Positions 1 to 9,143 of a stretch of DNA of 64,000 nucleotides are shown here, in pieces (positions within the stretch are counted from its first letter, which is position 1; each line of letters begins with the position of its first letter). The stretch lies in contig OX638379.1 of the NCBI GenBank assembly GCA_951813605.1, positions 2,578,062 through 2,642,061 of the forward strand, given 5' to 3'. Under the pieces are notes generated by a model. The model did not search any database and was not told where the DNA came from. It saw nothing but the letters and a program-made list of their open reading frames with translations. The stretch comes from an uncultured Bryobacterales bacterium. Its GTDB lineage: Bacteria > Acidobacteriota > Terriglobia > Bryobacterales > UBA6623. The position numbers and the translations under genes were made by a program.

Positions 1-1027
1 CCTTGAGCGCGCCGTCCCTCGGCTGGCTGGCGAGACGCATTCCCGCCCCGAACTCGTCCAGCGCGACCCGATGCGACACGAGCGAGTCGACCGGAAAATC
101 GGGATCCCAGACGGTTTCGGCGGCCTTTCGCTGGAGATCGGCGCACGCGCTGTAGGACCCGAACACTGCACGATCCTCGGCGCAGATACTCTTTCCGTCC
201 AGCGCGAATCGCTCCTCCGCTGATGTCTGCGCGAATAGCATGACGCGTCCGCCCCGACGGCCAAGCGAAACGGCCTCCTCAACGATTCCGGGGGCGGAAG
301 CAGCCACGATCACGGTGTCGGCCCCGCGCCCGTCGGTGGCTAGCCGCAGGCGGTTCGCGGCTTCCTCGCCAGCCTTCCAAGCGGCGTCCGCACCCAAGCG
401 CCGCGAGAGCTCCAGCCTTTCCACGAGCCGATCCGTCGCGAATACCCGCTGGACGCCCTGGCGTTGGAGCAGCGCCGTGAACAAGAGACCGATCGGCCCC
501 TGGCCCATAACCAAGACGCATTCCTCCGGACTGATCGCGCACTTGGCCAACCCCTTCAGGCAGGTGTTGGTCGGCTCGACGAATGTTGCTCGCTCGAAGC
601 TGGTGCCGTCGGGAATGCGCTCAACTCCGCGCCGCACGATCCACCTCATGACACGGACGTATTCCGCGAACCCCCCGCCGGCCGGCTCGAATCCGGCAGT
701 GACACCGACGCGCTTGTACGTCGCGCACTGGGCATAGTCTCGAAACCGACAGTAGTAGCAGTCGAAACACGGGATGTGATGGAAGATGCAAACCCTGTCG
801 CCCACGGTAAATCGTTCGGCGCCGTCTCCCACCGCGGCGACAGTGCCCGCGGTCTCGTGGCCGTAGATGCGCGGCGCGGGAAGCAGGTCGTACTCGATCT
901 TCTTGAGATCGGTGTTGCAAATGCCGCAACATGCGACACGGACCAGCAACTCTCCGGGACCGATTCGCGGCACGGCAACCGGAATCGTTTCGACCGTCCG
1001 ATCGCCGAGGTAGACCGCGGCCTTCAT
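1..1027 (-). CDS. Zn-dependent alcohol dehydrogenase / MDR-family oxidoreductase (3' end runs off the left window edge)
   Basis: Absent from the ORF track because it is edge-truncated. Manual minus-strand translation from the ATG at 1027..1025 gives MKAAVYLGDRTVETIPVAVPRIGPGELLVRVACCGICNTDLKK...GHETAGTV...FHHIPCFDCYYCRFRDYAQC (Zn-ligand pattern). It also contains a VMGQGPIGLL Rossmann motif. The frame stays open down to base 1. Confidence 0.8.
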   Translation of the reverse strand, partial: MKAAVYLGDRTVETIPVAVPRIGPGELLVRVACCGICNTDLKKIEYDLLPAPRIYGHETAGTVAAVGDGAERFTVGDRVCIFHHIPCFDCYYCRFRDYAQCATYKRVGVTAGFEPAGGGFAEYVRVMRWIVRRGVERIPDGTSFERATFVEPTNTCLKGLAKCAISPEECVLVMGQGPIGLLFTALLQRQGVQRVFATDRLVERLELSRRLGADAAWKAGEEAANRLRLATDGRGADTVIVAASAPGIVEEAVSLGRRGGRVMLFAQTSAEERFALDGKSICAEDRAVFGSYSACADLQRKAAETVWDPDFPVDSLVSHRVALDEFGAGMRLASQPRDGALK

Positions 1028-1055
1028 GGTTTCCGGGATAGCTTGTGGGATCATG

Positions 1056-1745
1056 CTAGGAACGGAACTCGCAACGCGCAAGACAGCCGGCGAGCGACCG
1101 GGCGGCAAGCCGGGAGTCGCGCCAAAGGCGGAATAGCCCGAGCCAGCCGCCGGCGCGGCCAGCCGCCTGCCCCAGCACGCTCCAATGCGAGAACGTGCCA
1201 TCAGGGCGCAGCGCGCGACTAAAATCCACCGGGAGATCTTGTTCCGCGAGGTCGCTTATGGCGCGGACACAATAGAACGGCAGCTCGTGCTCGGCGGCCA
1301 CAGCGGCGACAGAAGCCGCCTCCATGTCGACGGCTTGGGCACCGCGTTTGGCGAGTTCTCGCTTCGCGGGGGACGACTGCACAACCTCGTCGACCGTCAG
1401 CAGCGACCCCCACCGAACATCCGGCGGGCAGACCAGCGGCACCGACCCGCAGTACTCGCGATCGCCGCAAAGCACGGTGTGCGCGACAAGAATATTCCCG
1501 ACCGCCAGCGAGGGATCCAGCGCGCCAGCGAATCCCGTCGAAATAACCGCACGAAACCGGTTCTTCGCGAGCGCCGTGCGCGCGCCCGCAGCCGCGGCGG
1601 GCCGGCCTGCGCCATTCGCCACGAGCACGGCCTCCACCCCCCGGATACTGGTGGTCGCTGACCAACGCACATCTGGTGCGTTGCGCTTGACGAGATCGGG
1701 GAATCCCGAGAATTCGTACGGTGCCGACGCGATCACCAACAACAT
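1056..1745 (-). CDS. Nucleoside phosphorylase-family protein (PNP_UDP_1; MTA/SAH-nucleosidase / HpnG-like)
   Basis: ORF 1056..1973. The conserved region starts at MLLVIASAPYEF and includes AVISTGFAGAL and AQAVDMEAASVA (the DMEA motif of this fold). The N-terminal 76 codons look non-native, so the internal ATG at 1745 is preferred; the start remains uncertain. It lies 29 nt upstream of the ADH gene on the same strand. Confidence 0.6.
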   Translation of the reverse strand: MLLVIASAPYEFSGFPDLVKRNAPDVRWSATTSIRGVEAVLVANGAGRPAAAAGARTALAKNRFRAVISTGFAGALDPSLAVGNILVAHTVLCGDREYCGSVPLVCPPDVRWGSLLTVDEVVQSSPAKRELAKRGAQAVDMEAASVAAVAAEHELPFYCVRAISDLAEQDLPVDFSRALRPDGTFSHWSVLGQAAGRAGGWLGLFRLWRDSRLAARSLAGCLARCEFRS

Positions 1746-2458
1746 GTCTTCGAACCGTATGCCGCTTACCCAGTCGAGGCAGTGAGGAACCGAAAGACCC
1801 ATTCTCGCACCTGCGAATCCAACGGTTACCGGGAGACTCCCCATCGGTAGCGGTGCATGAGGGTTCATGCCGCTGCGAAGGGTACCGCGAGGCGGACTCT
1901 CGACCCGAAGCTGGGTTTCTAGTAACAGTGCCGGTGTCCGACAAGTCGGGAAGAATCCCAGGGAGCGTTGCAATGGCTAGCCGGGCTTGAGCGAATGCGA
2001 TGAATTTGCGCACGTCGAGTGCGCATGAGCTCTCTCGCGAAGGGTCGCTGCCGCTGCCGTCCCGATCTCCTTTAGGCGTATCCGCTACGCCGCCTGTGCA
2101 TGACAGCGCCGGCCCAATCGGGCTGCTTGCGCACTTCAAATCGGTGGGCGAGCTTTTCTACTGCCATCAAATCCAGAACAACATTGTGATTTGCCTGCTG
2201 GGAGCGTTGTCGACAAAGGGGTTACCCGCAAGGCAGCTCCGGCAGGCGGGAGTTTCGGGGTTTGGACAAGGCTTGCGGAAAAAGACCGTGCGCGAGCGCT
2301 CGGGAGCCCGAGAACGGACCGCGACGTACCCGCTTGCCGAGACTCGGTCGGTTCTGGGAAAGGAATCGGAGATATGACGAGTGTCCAACGCGGCACGTCC
2401 CGATCGACCGCGACAAGAGCACTTCAAAGTCAATCCACAGAAAGTGGGATTGGTTTTG

Positions 2459-4219
2459 ATGAGCGCGCACCCCTCGCCGCCCCAACGGGATGTCCGGTCC
2501 GAGCCGGACGAGCGGCCGCCTCGCCTGCTTTCGATGGGCCTTGGCTTGCAATACGTGCTGCTCAGCATCGCGGGCATCGTACTCACACCGGCGATCGTGA
2601 TCCGGGCTGCAGGCACCGGGGAGACCTACCTCGCTTGGGCAGTGTTCGCGGGACTCTGCGTCTGCGGCGTCTCTACGATCCTCCAAGCCGTGCGGGTCGG
2701 ACGAATCGGCGCGGGCTACATCCTCTTGATGGGCACGTCCGGGGCGTTCATCGCCGTTTCCGTGGCCGCTCTTGCCGAAGGCGGCCCTAGCCTGCTGGCG
2801 ACTCTGGTCTTTGCATCGTCATTGTTCCAATTCGCGATTTCCTCCCGCCTTTCGCTGTTGCGGCGGCTGATCACTCCGCTGATTGCCCGGACCGTGATCA
2901 TGCTCATCGCGGTCACCATCATGCCGATCGTCTTCGACATGCTCGCGGGCGTGCCGGATAGCGCGCCAGCGGCCGCCGGGCCTGCCAGCGCCGCCGTGAC
3001 ACTGGTTGGCACTGTGGCTCTCGCTCTGCTAGCGAAGGGGTCTTGGAGGCTCTGGGCACCTATGCTCGGCGTCGTGGCGGGCTGCATCGCCGCATCTTTC
3101 TACGGCATTTACGACACCGGTGGAATTGCTGACGCACCCTGGATCGGACTCCCTGTAGCCGGCTGGCCCGGCTTCGACTTGGAATTCGGAGCCTCGTTCT
3201 GGGCATTGCTTCCGGCTTTCGTGCTGGTTACCGTGATGGGAGCTGTCGAGACCATCGGCGATTCCATCACCATACAGCAGGTCTCCTGGCGGAAGCGGCG
3301 GGCTACGGACTTCCGTGCCGTGCAAGGGGCGGTAGCGGCCGACGGCATGGGCAACCTTCTATCCGGCCTTTCGGGCACATTGCCCAACACGACGTACTCG
3401 CCAAGCGTCGCGGTCACCGAGCTAACAGGAGTGGCTGCTCGGTCTGTCGGGATTTGCATCGGGATTCTGTTCGCGGCGGCCGCTTTCTTCCCCAAGTTGA
3501 CGGCGGTGATTCTGGCGGTGCCGGATCCGGTTGTCGCGGCCTACGTGACAGTGCTGCTGGCAATGCTGTTCACGCTGGGCATGCGGATCGTCGTGCAAGA
3601 CGGCGTCGACTATGGCAAGAGCGCGATCGTCGGCCTCTCGTTCTGGCTGGGCGTCGGGTTCCAGAACCAGCAGATCTACGCGGACCATCTTGGCGAGGCG
3701 CTCGGCTCGATTCTCGGCAACGGCATGACCACAGGCGGTCTGGCGGCGATTCTGATGATGCTCTTGACAAACCTCGCCAAACCGAGGCGGAAGAGAATCG
3801 AAGCCAAGCTCGATGCACAGTCCCTACCGAAGATCCTCAAGTTCCTGCGCGCCTTCGCCACGGAAAAGCGATGGAGCGTCGCGTCAACCGAGCGGTTGTG
3901 CGCCGCCGGCGAGGAGGCGATCCTGAGTTTGGTGTCCGAAAGAGACGACGCTGGCGAGGAGGACCAGACGCATCTGCTTGTCATCGCCCGAGGCAGCGGC
4001 AGCTCTGCTGAACTGGAGTTCGTGGCCTCGCCCGGAGAGCGGAATCTCGAGGACCGGCTCGCGCTGCTGGGCCAGTGGGCGGAACAGTCCGCCGCCCGGG
4101 AAGTCTCGCTTCGGCTGCGTCGCCACTACGCCGCGTCGGTTCGCCACCAGCAGTACCACGACATTGATATCGTCACCGTGCGCGTGGACAGCCTCCCAGA
4201 AACGGCACGTCGGGGATGA
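2459..4219 (+). CDS. NCS2 (xanthine/uracil/vitamin C) family permease with ~140-aa C-terminal cytoplasmic extension
   Basis: ORF 2381..4219. It shows many hydrophobic helices and NCS2-like segments (LGLQYVLLSIAG, GTSGAFIAV, NTTYSPSVAVTELTGV). The likely start is the ATG at 2459 (MSAHPSPP). After about residue 470 the protein becomes soluble and charged. Confidence 0.75.
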   Translation: MSAHPSPPQRDVRSEPDERPPRLLSMGLGLQYVLLSIAGIVLTPAIVIRAAGTGETYLAWAVFAGLCVCGVSTILQAVRVGRIGAGYILLMGTSGAFIAVSVAALAEGGPSLLATLVFASSLFQFAISSRLSLLRRLITPLIARTVIMLIAVTIMPIVFDMLAGVPDSAPAAAGPASAAVTLVGTVALALLAKGSWRLWAPMLGVVAGCIAASFYGIYDTGGIADAPWIGLPVAGWPGFDLEFGASFWALLPAFVLVTVMGAVETIGDSITIQQVSWRKRRATDFRAVQGAVAADGMGNLLSGLSGTLPNTTYSPSVAVTELTGVAARSVGICIGILFAAAAFFPKLTAVILAVPDPVVAAYVTVLLAMLFTLGMRIVVQDGVDYGKSAIVGLSFWLGVGFQNQQIYADHLGEALGSILGNGMTTGGLAAILMMLLTNLAKPRRKRIEAKLDAQSLPKILKFLRAFATEKRWSVASTERLCAAGEEAILSLVSERDDAGEEDQTHLLVIARGSGSSAELEFVASPGERNLEDRLALLGQWAEQSAAREVSLRLRRHYAASVRHQQYHDIDIVTVRVDSLPETARRG

Positions 4220-4234
4220 CGGCTGGGATCGACG

Positions 4235-5020
4235 CTACGAGCCTCCGTGCACGCGACGAAGATCGTCCGATAGGACAACCGCCTCGGCAACCTGCTTCAT
4301 TGGAATCCGCCGCCTCCGGCTCTCCTGCTGCAGCTTGAGGTAGGCCCGCTCCTCGGTGAGGCCGAGGTCCCGTTGCAAGATGCCTTTGGCGCGTTCGAGC
4401 AGCTTGCGCGTCTGCAGCTGGCCCATGAGCTTGGTGACCTCGGAATCCAGACGCGCCCGTTCGATCTCCGCCCCGATGAGGTGGCCGATCGTCGAAACAA
4501 GCTTGACTTCTTGCGGCGAGTGGGCGTGACGCTGGCGGTGCTGCAGGTTGAGCACGCCGATCAGCCGGCCGCCCGCGAGGATGGGCACGGACAGGAACGC
4601 TTCGAAGCTGTCCTCGGGGAGCTGGCTGAACCCCCGAAACCGCTTGTCCCGCATCGCTCCCTGCGCGATCGCGACGGCCTCGCGCTTCTCGGCAACCCAG
4701 CCGGTGATCCCCTCCCCCATCGGGATGCTGAGGTTGTCGACCGCCTCGGGGTGCGGATTCTTGGAGGCGCGCAAGACCAGTTGCGAGCCTTCCAGCACGT
4801 AGATGAAGCACGAGTCGGCACCTGCGACGTCGTTGAGGAAGTCGACGATCTGACCGAGCACTTCCTGCAGCGGATCAGCGACTCCGAGGCGCACGCTGAT
4901 GTTGTGCAGGAATTCCAGGTGCGAGTCCCCTTCGGGACCCTGCTTGTCGTCTAACGGCCGGCCAAATCTGTCACTCGCTCGTGTCGGGTCCATCGGAGCG
5001 ATCCCCTCCGCAACTTTCAT
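4235..5020 (-). CDS. GAF-domain + ANTAR-domain RNA-binding antiterminator-type regulator
   Basis: ORF 4235..5110. The GAF-like core reads FIYVLEG..LVLRAS...GEGITGWVAEKREAVAI...FLSVPILAGGRLIGVLNL. The C-terminal ANTAR signature reads RKLLERAKGILQRDLGLTEERAYLKLQQESRRRRIPMKQVAEAVV. The start at 5020 (MKVAEG) is preceded by GGAGGAG, and the longer ORF would overlap the nirBD 3' end. Confidence 0.8.
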   Translation of the reverse strand: MKVAEGIAPMDPTRASDRFGRPLDDKQGPEGDSHLEFLHNISVRLGVADPLQEVLGQIVDFLNDVAGADSCFIYVLEGSQLVLRASKNPHPEAVDNLSIPMGEGITGWVAEKREAVAIAQGAMRDKRFRGFSQLPEDSFEAFLSVPILAGGRLIGVLNLQHRQRHAHSPQEVKLVSTIGHLIGAEIERARLDSEVTKLMGQLQTRKLLERAKGILQRDLGLTEERAYLKLQQESRRRRIPMKQVAEAVVLSDDLRRVHGGS

Positions 5021-5069
5021 TTTGACTGACGCTCCTCCATCCGGACGCGATGCCTCGCTTCCGCAAACT

Positions 5070-8000
5070 TCAAGCACAGGCCATGCAGGCTCCCGCCGCG
5101 GCGGCGTCACCCGCCTGAACCATGTGCAACTCCGTAGAGAGCAGTGCGTCGAGCTGCCTCTCCGGAGGCAGCAGCAAATACACGCCGTCGCCCGCCACCT
5201 GGACGGGAAACACCTTCAACGCGTAAGGTTCGTCCGACAAGCATTCGCCCGTCTCGAGCGAGAAAGGCAGCTTGTGCAGAGGACACGTGACCTTCGGAGT
5301 CAGGCCGGCGCTCCCCGTGATTCCCCGGGACAGCACGAAGGCGTTCTTGTGCGGGCACATGTTCTGGCAAGCGCGCCACTGCCCGCGGTCCGTGAGATTG
5401 AAGACCGCGATCTGGGTGTCTCCGCACTGCACGGCCGCACCGCCGTTCCGCGGGAATTCCGCGACTCTGCCGACTCGCACCCAATGGAGCTTGCGCCCGC
5501 GTCGCGGCGCAGGTTTCCCGCCCGCCTCGCCCAGCGTCTGCCCATTGGGAAGCTGGATCTGGTCCAAGGCCACGCTGTCCTTAGGCCAGTCCGCGGGCCT
5601 GGCCTGGCCACGCTCGTCAACGATCTCGATGCCGTAGTCGGTCTCGTCGGTGTTCACGAACTGCCGGAACAGCTTCCTGCGCAGCGGGTCGTTGACCACT
5701 TCCTTCCATTCGCAGCGGTAGCTGTCTACGAGGAACTGCATCCTCCGCTCCAGCTCGCCGCAGATGCCGAGCTTGTCATGCACTATGACATCCCTGAGCC
5801 GGTCGATGCCCCCCTCGAGTTGCTCGAGCCAGACAGCAGTCCGCGTGAGCTTGTCGGCCGTCGAGATGTAGTACATGAAGAACCGGTCGATGTAGCGGAT
5901 CGCCGTTTCCTCGTCGAGCGACGACGCCAGCAGGTCGGCATGCCTCGGTTTCGCGCCGCCGTTCCCGCACACGTAGAGGTTATAGCCCGCCTCGGTCGCG
6001 ATCAGCCCGATATCCTTCGACTGGGCCTCGGCGCATTCACGCACGCAGCCGGAGACCGCGCCCTTGACCTTGTGCGGGGCACGGATGCCGCGATAGCGCT
6101 GCTCGATGCGCACCGCGAAGCCGACGGAATCCTGGACGCCGTAACGGCACCATGTCGTGCCGACGCAGCTCTTAATGGTGCGCAGCGCCTTGCCGTAGGC
6201 GTGGCCGCTCTCGAAGCCGTGCGCAACCAGCTCTTCCCAAATGCTCGGCAACTGATGCACCTGCGCGCCGAACAGGTCGACACGCTGGGCACCGGTGATC
6301 TTGGTGTACAGCCCGTACTTCTTGGCCACGGTACCGAGGACGATCAGCTTGTCCGGTGTGATCTCTCCGCCAGGCACTCGAGGCACGATGCTGTAAAGGC
6401 CTCCTCGCTGCATGTTGGCGAGGAACCGGTCATTCGTGTCCTGCAGAGTGTGGTGGCTCGGATCGGTGATGCTTTCATTCCATAGCGACGCGAAGATCGA
6501 CGTCGCCGCCGGCTTGCAGATCTCGCAGCCCTGTCCGCTGCCGTGATCTCGGATCAATTCGTCGAAGGTCTTGATTTCCTTGAGCTTGATGATGTCGAAC
6601 AGATCCTGGCGGGTGTACTGGAAGTGCTCGCAGACGTAATTCTCTACGCTCCGGCCCGCGGCCTCAAGCTCCGCGTTGAGCAAGGTTGTCACGATAGGCA
6701 GGCAGCCGCCGCAGCCGGTGCCGGCCGCGGTGCATTGCTTGACCGCCCCGACCGTCGCCAGGCCCTGTCCGCGAATCGCCGCGCAGATTTCGCCCTTGGT
6801 GACGTTATTGCAAGAGCAGACCTGCGCCGAGTCGCCCATTCCGGGCGAGGGCTCCAGTGCGCTCCCGCCGCCGACGCCTGCAAGCTGGGAGGGCTTCGCC
6901 TGCAAGTCCTCGCCTGTCCTGGCTAGCACGGAAAGCATAGGATAGTCGCTAGCGTCGCCCACGAGCACGCCGCCCACTAGCTTCTTACCGTCGGGGCTGA
7001 AGAGCAGCTTCTTGTAAACGCCCGAAAACGGGTCCTCTACGACGAGCGGCACAGCGTCTTCGGCGGGCGCCTCGTATTCCCCAAAGCTCGCCACGTCGAC
7101 GCCCATCAGTTTAAGCTTCGTCGAAAGGTCCGCGCCGACGAAGCGAACGTCCCGACCGACGAAGCGCCCCGCAGCCACATCGGCCATTTCCCACCCGGGC
7201 GCGATCAATCCGTAGACCATGCCGCGGTGGAGGGCCGCCTCGCCGATGGCGTAGATCTGGGGGTCGGAGGTTTGCAGCTCGTCGTTGACGGCGACGCCGC
7301 CACGCTCGCCTACTTCGAGCCCGCACGAGAGGGCCAGCTCGTCGCGCGGCCGTATCCCGGCCGAGACGATGATCATGTCCACCTCGAGACTGTCACCGTC
7401 GACGAAAGACATGCCGACCACCCGACCGTTTCCCAAGACCTGGCGCGTAGACTTGCGCAAGTGGACACGCACGCCCAGATCCTCGATTTTTCGAACGAGC
7501 AGTTGCGAACCGGCGTCGTCGACCTGGCGGGGCATGAGTCGGGGGGCGAATTCAACGACGTGGGTCTCGAGTCCCAGGTCGTATGCGGCCTTGGCGGCCT
7601 CGAGTCCGAGAAGCCCGCCGCCGATCACCGCGCAACTGCGTGCGAACTTGGCGTGCTCGATGATGGCATCCAAATCCTCGATCGTCCGATAGACGAACAC
7701 GCCGCGCTTGTCCACGCCTTGGATTGGCGGGACGAAGGGACGGGAACCCGTCGCGAGGACCACCCGGTCATAGGGAACTTGGACGCCTGCGTCGGAGACG
7801 ACAACGCGGCGAGCTCGGTCGATTTCGCGAGCCCGGTCTCCAACATGGATCTCGATGCCGTTGTCGCAGTACCACTCCAGGCGGGCCACAGCAAGCTTGC
7901 TGGGATCGCGGTGCCCGAAGTACGAGGTCAGGTGAACGCGGTCGTAGGCCGGCCTAGGCTCCTCGCAGAAAGTCACCAACCGGTATTCGCCCGCCGCGTC

Positions 8001-8081
8001 GAACTCGACCAGCTTCTCGCAAAAACGATGGCCCACCAAGCCATTGCCGATTACAACTACAGTCTTATACGTCCCCGCCAT
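5070..8081 (-). CDS. nirB: Assimilatory NAD(P)H nitrite reductase, NirB large subunit fused to NirD-like Rieske small subunit
   Basis: ORF 5070..8270. The start at 8081 (MAGTYKTVVVIGNGLVGHRF, FAD/NAD Rossmann) is preceded by GGAGGG. The protein has a BFD-like 2Fe-2S segment (CSCNNVTKGEI, GTGCGGC) and a siroheme/4Fe-4S nitrite-sulfite reductase core (VSGCVRECAEA). The C-terminal ~110 aa are NirD-like (CPHKNAFVLSRG...CPLHKLPFSLETGEC). Confidence 0.85.
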   Translation of the reverse strand: MAGTYKTVVVIGNGLVGHRFCEKLVEFDAAGEYRLVTFCEEPRPAYDRVHLTSYFGHRDPSKLAVARLEWYCDNGIEIHVGDRAREIDRARRVVVSDAGVQVPYDRVVLATGSRPFVPPIQGVDKRGVFVYRTIEDLDAIIEHAKFARSCAVIGGGLLGLEAAKAAYDLGLETHVVEFAPRLMPRQVDDAGSQLLVRKIEDLGVRVHLRKSTRQVLGNGRVVGMSFVDGDSLEVDMIIVSAGIRPRDELALSCGLEVGERGGVAVNDELQTSDPQIYAIGEAALHRGMVYGLIAPGWEMADVAAGRFVGRDVRFVGADLSTKLKLMGVDVASFGEYEAPAEDAVPLVVEDPFSGVYKKLLFSPDGKKLVGGVLVGDASDYPMLSVLARTGEDLQAKPSQLAGVGGGSALEPSPGMGDSAQVCSCNNVTKGEICAAIRGQGLATVGAVKQCTAAGTGCGGCLPIVTTLLNAELEAAGRSVENYVCEHFQYTRQDLFDIIKLKEIKTFDELIRDHGSGQGCEICKPAATSIFASLWNESITDPSHHTLQDTNDRFLANMQRGGLYSIVPRVPGGEITPDKLIVLGTVAKKYGLYTKITGAQRVDLFGAQVHQLPSIWEELVAHGFESGHAYGKALRTIKSCVGTTWCRYGVQDSVGFAVRIEQRYRGIRAPHKVKGAVSGCVRECAEAQSKDIGLIATEAGYNLYVCGNGGAKPRHADLLASSLDEETAIRYIDRFFMYYISTADKLTRTAVWLEQLEGGIDRLRDVIVHDKLGICGELERRMQFLVDSYRCEWKEVVNDPLRRKLFRQFVNTDETDYGIEIVDERGQARPADWPKDSVALDQIQLPNGQTLGEAGGKPAPRRGRKLHWVRVGRVAEFPRNGGAAVQCGDTQIAVFNLTDRGQWRACQNMCPHKNAFVLSRGITGSAGLTPKVTCPLHKLPFSLETGECLSDEPYALKVFPVQVAGDGVYLLLPPERQLDALLSTELHMVQAGDAAAAGACMACA

Positions 8082-9143
8082 TAGAGATCCCTCCGTGAGA
8101 TCCAGCTCCGGCCCGTTAGCGACCAAGAAACACCTCTGACTGAAAAGTGTGTCGCCGCAACAACAGTGTGTGCGAGGGCTCGGCATTCGCTCAGCGGGGA
8201 GCGAAAGGCTGAATATGATTTCAGTGTACGGACCTCGGTGGCATGGCGGAACTTGCCATACCGCCGACAAAAATTTTTGATACAGATTCTTGCTCGTGAC
8301 AGCGGAACCCTCTCGCCGACCCCATCGGCCCCGCTATCGGCCTGTTCGGATTCAACCCAAATTGGATCATGCTGCAAGACCAACCGCTGGGCACGCGCCT
8401 CCAATGGATAGCGCCTTTGCGAGTCGGGCCCGATGGATCCCTCGCCGGCAGGCGTGTCAGATGGCGCGTTGGCCCTTGTAAACCCCTCCCGAGCCCGGGA
8501 CATGATCCGAAATCGCAATTGTGTCCAGCATTTGCAGGGTAGGCGGCCCCGACGCGATGGAACGATTGGTTCACAAGTCGCCCTGCCCAACTGCTCTTGA
8601 CCGTTAGCGGACGTCGACGGAGACGCGCTCATCTTGGCGGCAAACGTCGCATGAAACCAATCGAGCTGGCCTCGAGACAAAAGGCGGTGCGACAGGGGAA
8701 TCAAGCCAGAGCCGACGCGCGACTGGTTCACGGCGGCAAATATCGATGGCCAGACCTCGAGTCGCCAAGCAGCCTGCGAATAATCCTCGAATCACCGGAT
8801 CCAATCGCATCGCCGGACAAACGGCGAGCGGGCGTGTCTTTTGCCTTATGGCTGCGATAAGAATTTTTTGCTTCACATTGGGATTCAAGCCGTGCTAGGT
8901 TCGAAACAGATCGGCGGGCGCCGCGCAGCGCTCGGCGTCCAGCCGCCCTGGGACTTAGGCTGTCCTAGCAGCTCGAAACGTAGCCACCGATTCGCTCGGC
9001 TCTGGGCAGAGCCGGCCGGGGAATCGAATCTTCCCGAATAGTGCGATACGAGATCCGCGGCGACCTCCCTCAAGGGCAGGTCGCAACGGATTCCTTGCTA
9101 TCTAATTCTGCTCACCGCAATTGGAACGGAGGCAAAACGTTCG

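Noticed and set aside
2000-2458. Possible purine or other riboswitch upstream of the NCS2 permease
   Set aside because: I could not find the conserved purine-riboswitch core or any other riboswitch signature that I know by eye. This needs an Rfam scan before any claim.
4899-6485. 528-aa ORF on the plus strand
   Set aside because: It lies entirely antisense to the well-supported nirBD gene. Its Arg/Ala/Leu-rich composition is typical of shadow ORFs in GC-rich DNA, and it has no motifs.
8082-8731. N-terminal extension of the nirBD ORF (to 8270) and the 216-aa ORF 8081..8731
   Set aside because: The conserved FAD-binding N-terminus starts at the ATG at 8081, which has a GGAGGG Shine-Dalgarno. 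The upstream codons have no coding bias and contain the hairpins and palindrome described as leader elements.
8881-8915. GGTTCGAAAC string reminiscent of a tRNA T-loop
   Set aside because: No acceptor stem, D-arm or anticodon arm can be drawn around it. No tRNA, rRNA or tmRNA was recognised anywhere in the window.
8082-9143. Canonical ANTAR RNA target (two tandem hairpins with AxxGxx hexaloops)
   Set aside because: The hairpins found have loops AAGUUCC, CCCGCU, AUCAUA and CAGUC on the nirBD leader, and CCGGAA between nasA and narK. None fits the published A1/G4 hexaloop pair, so regulation by the GAF-ANTAR protein remains an inference.
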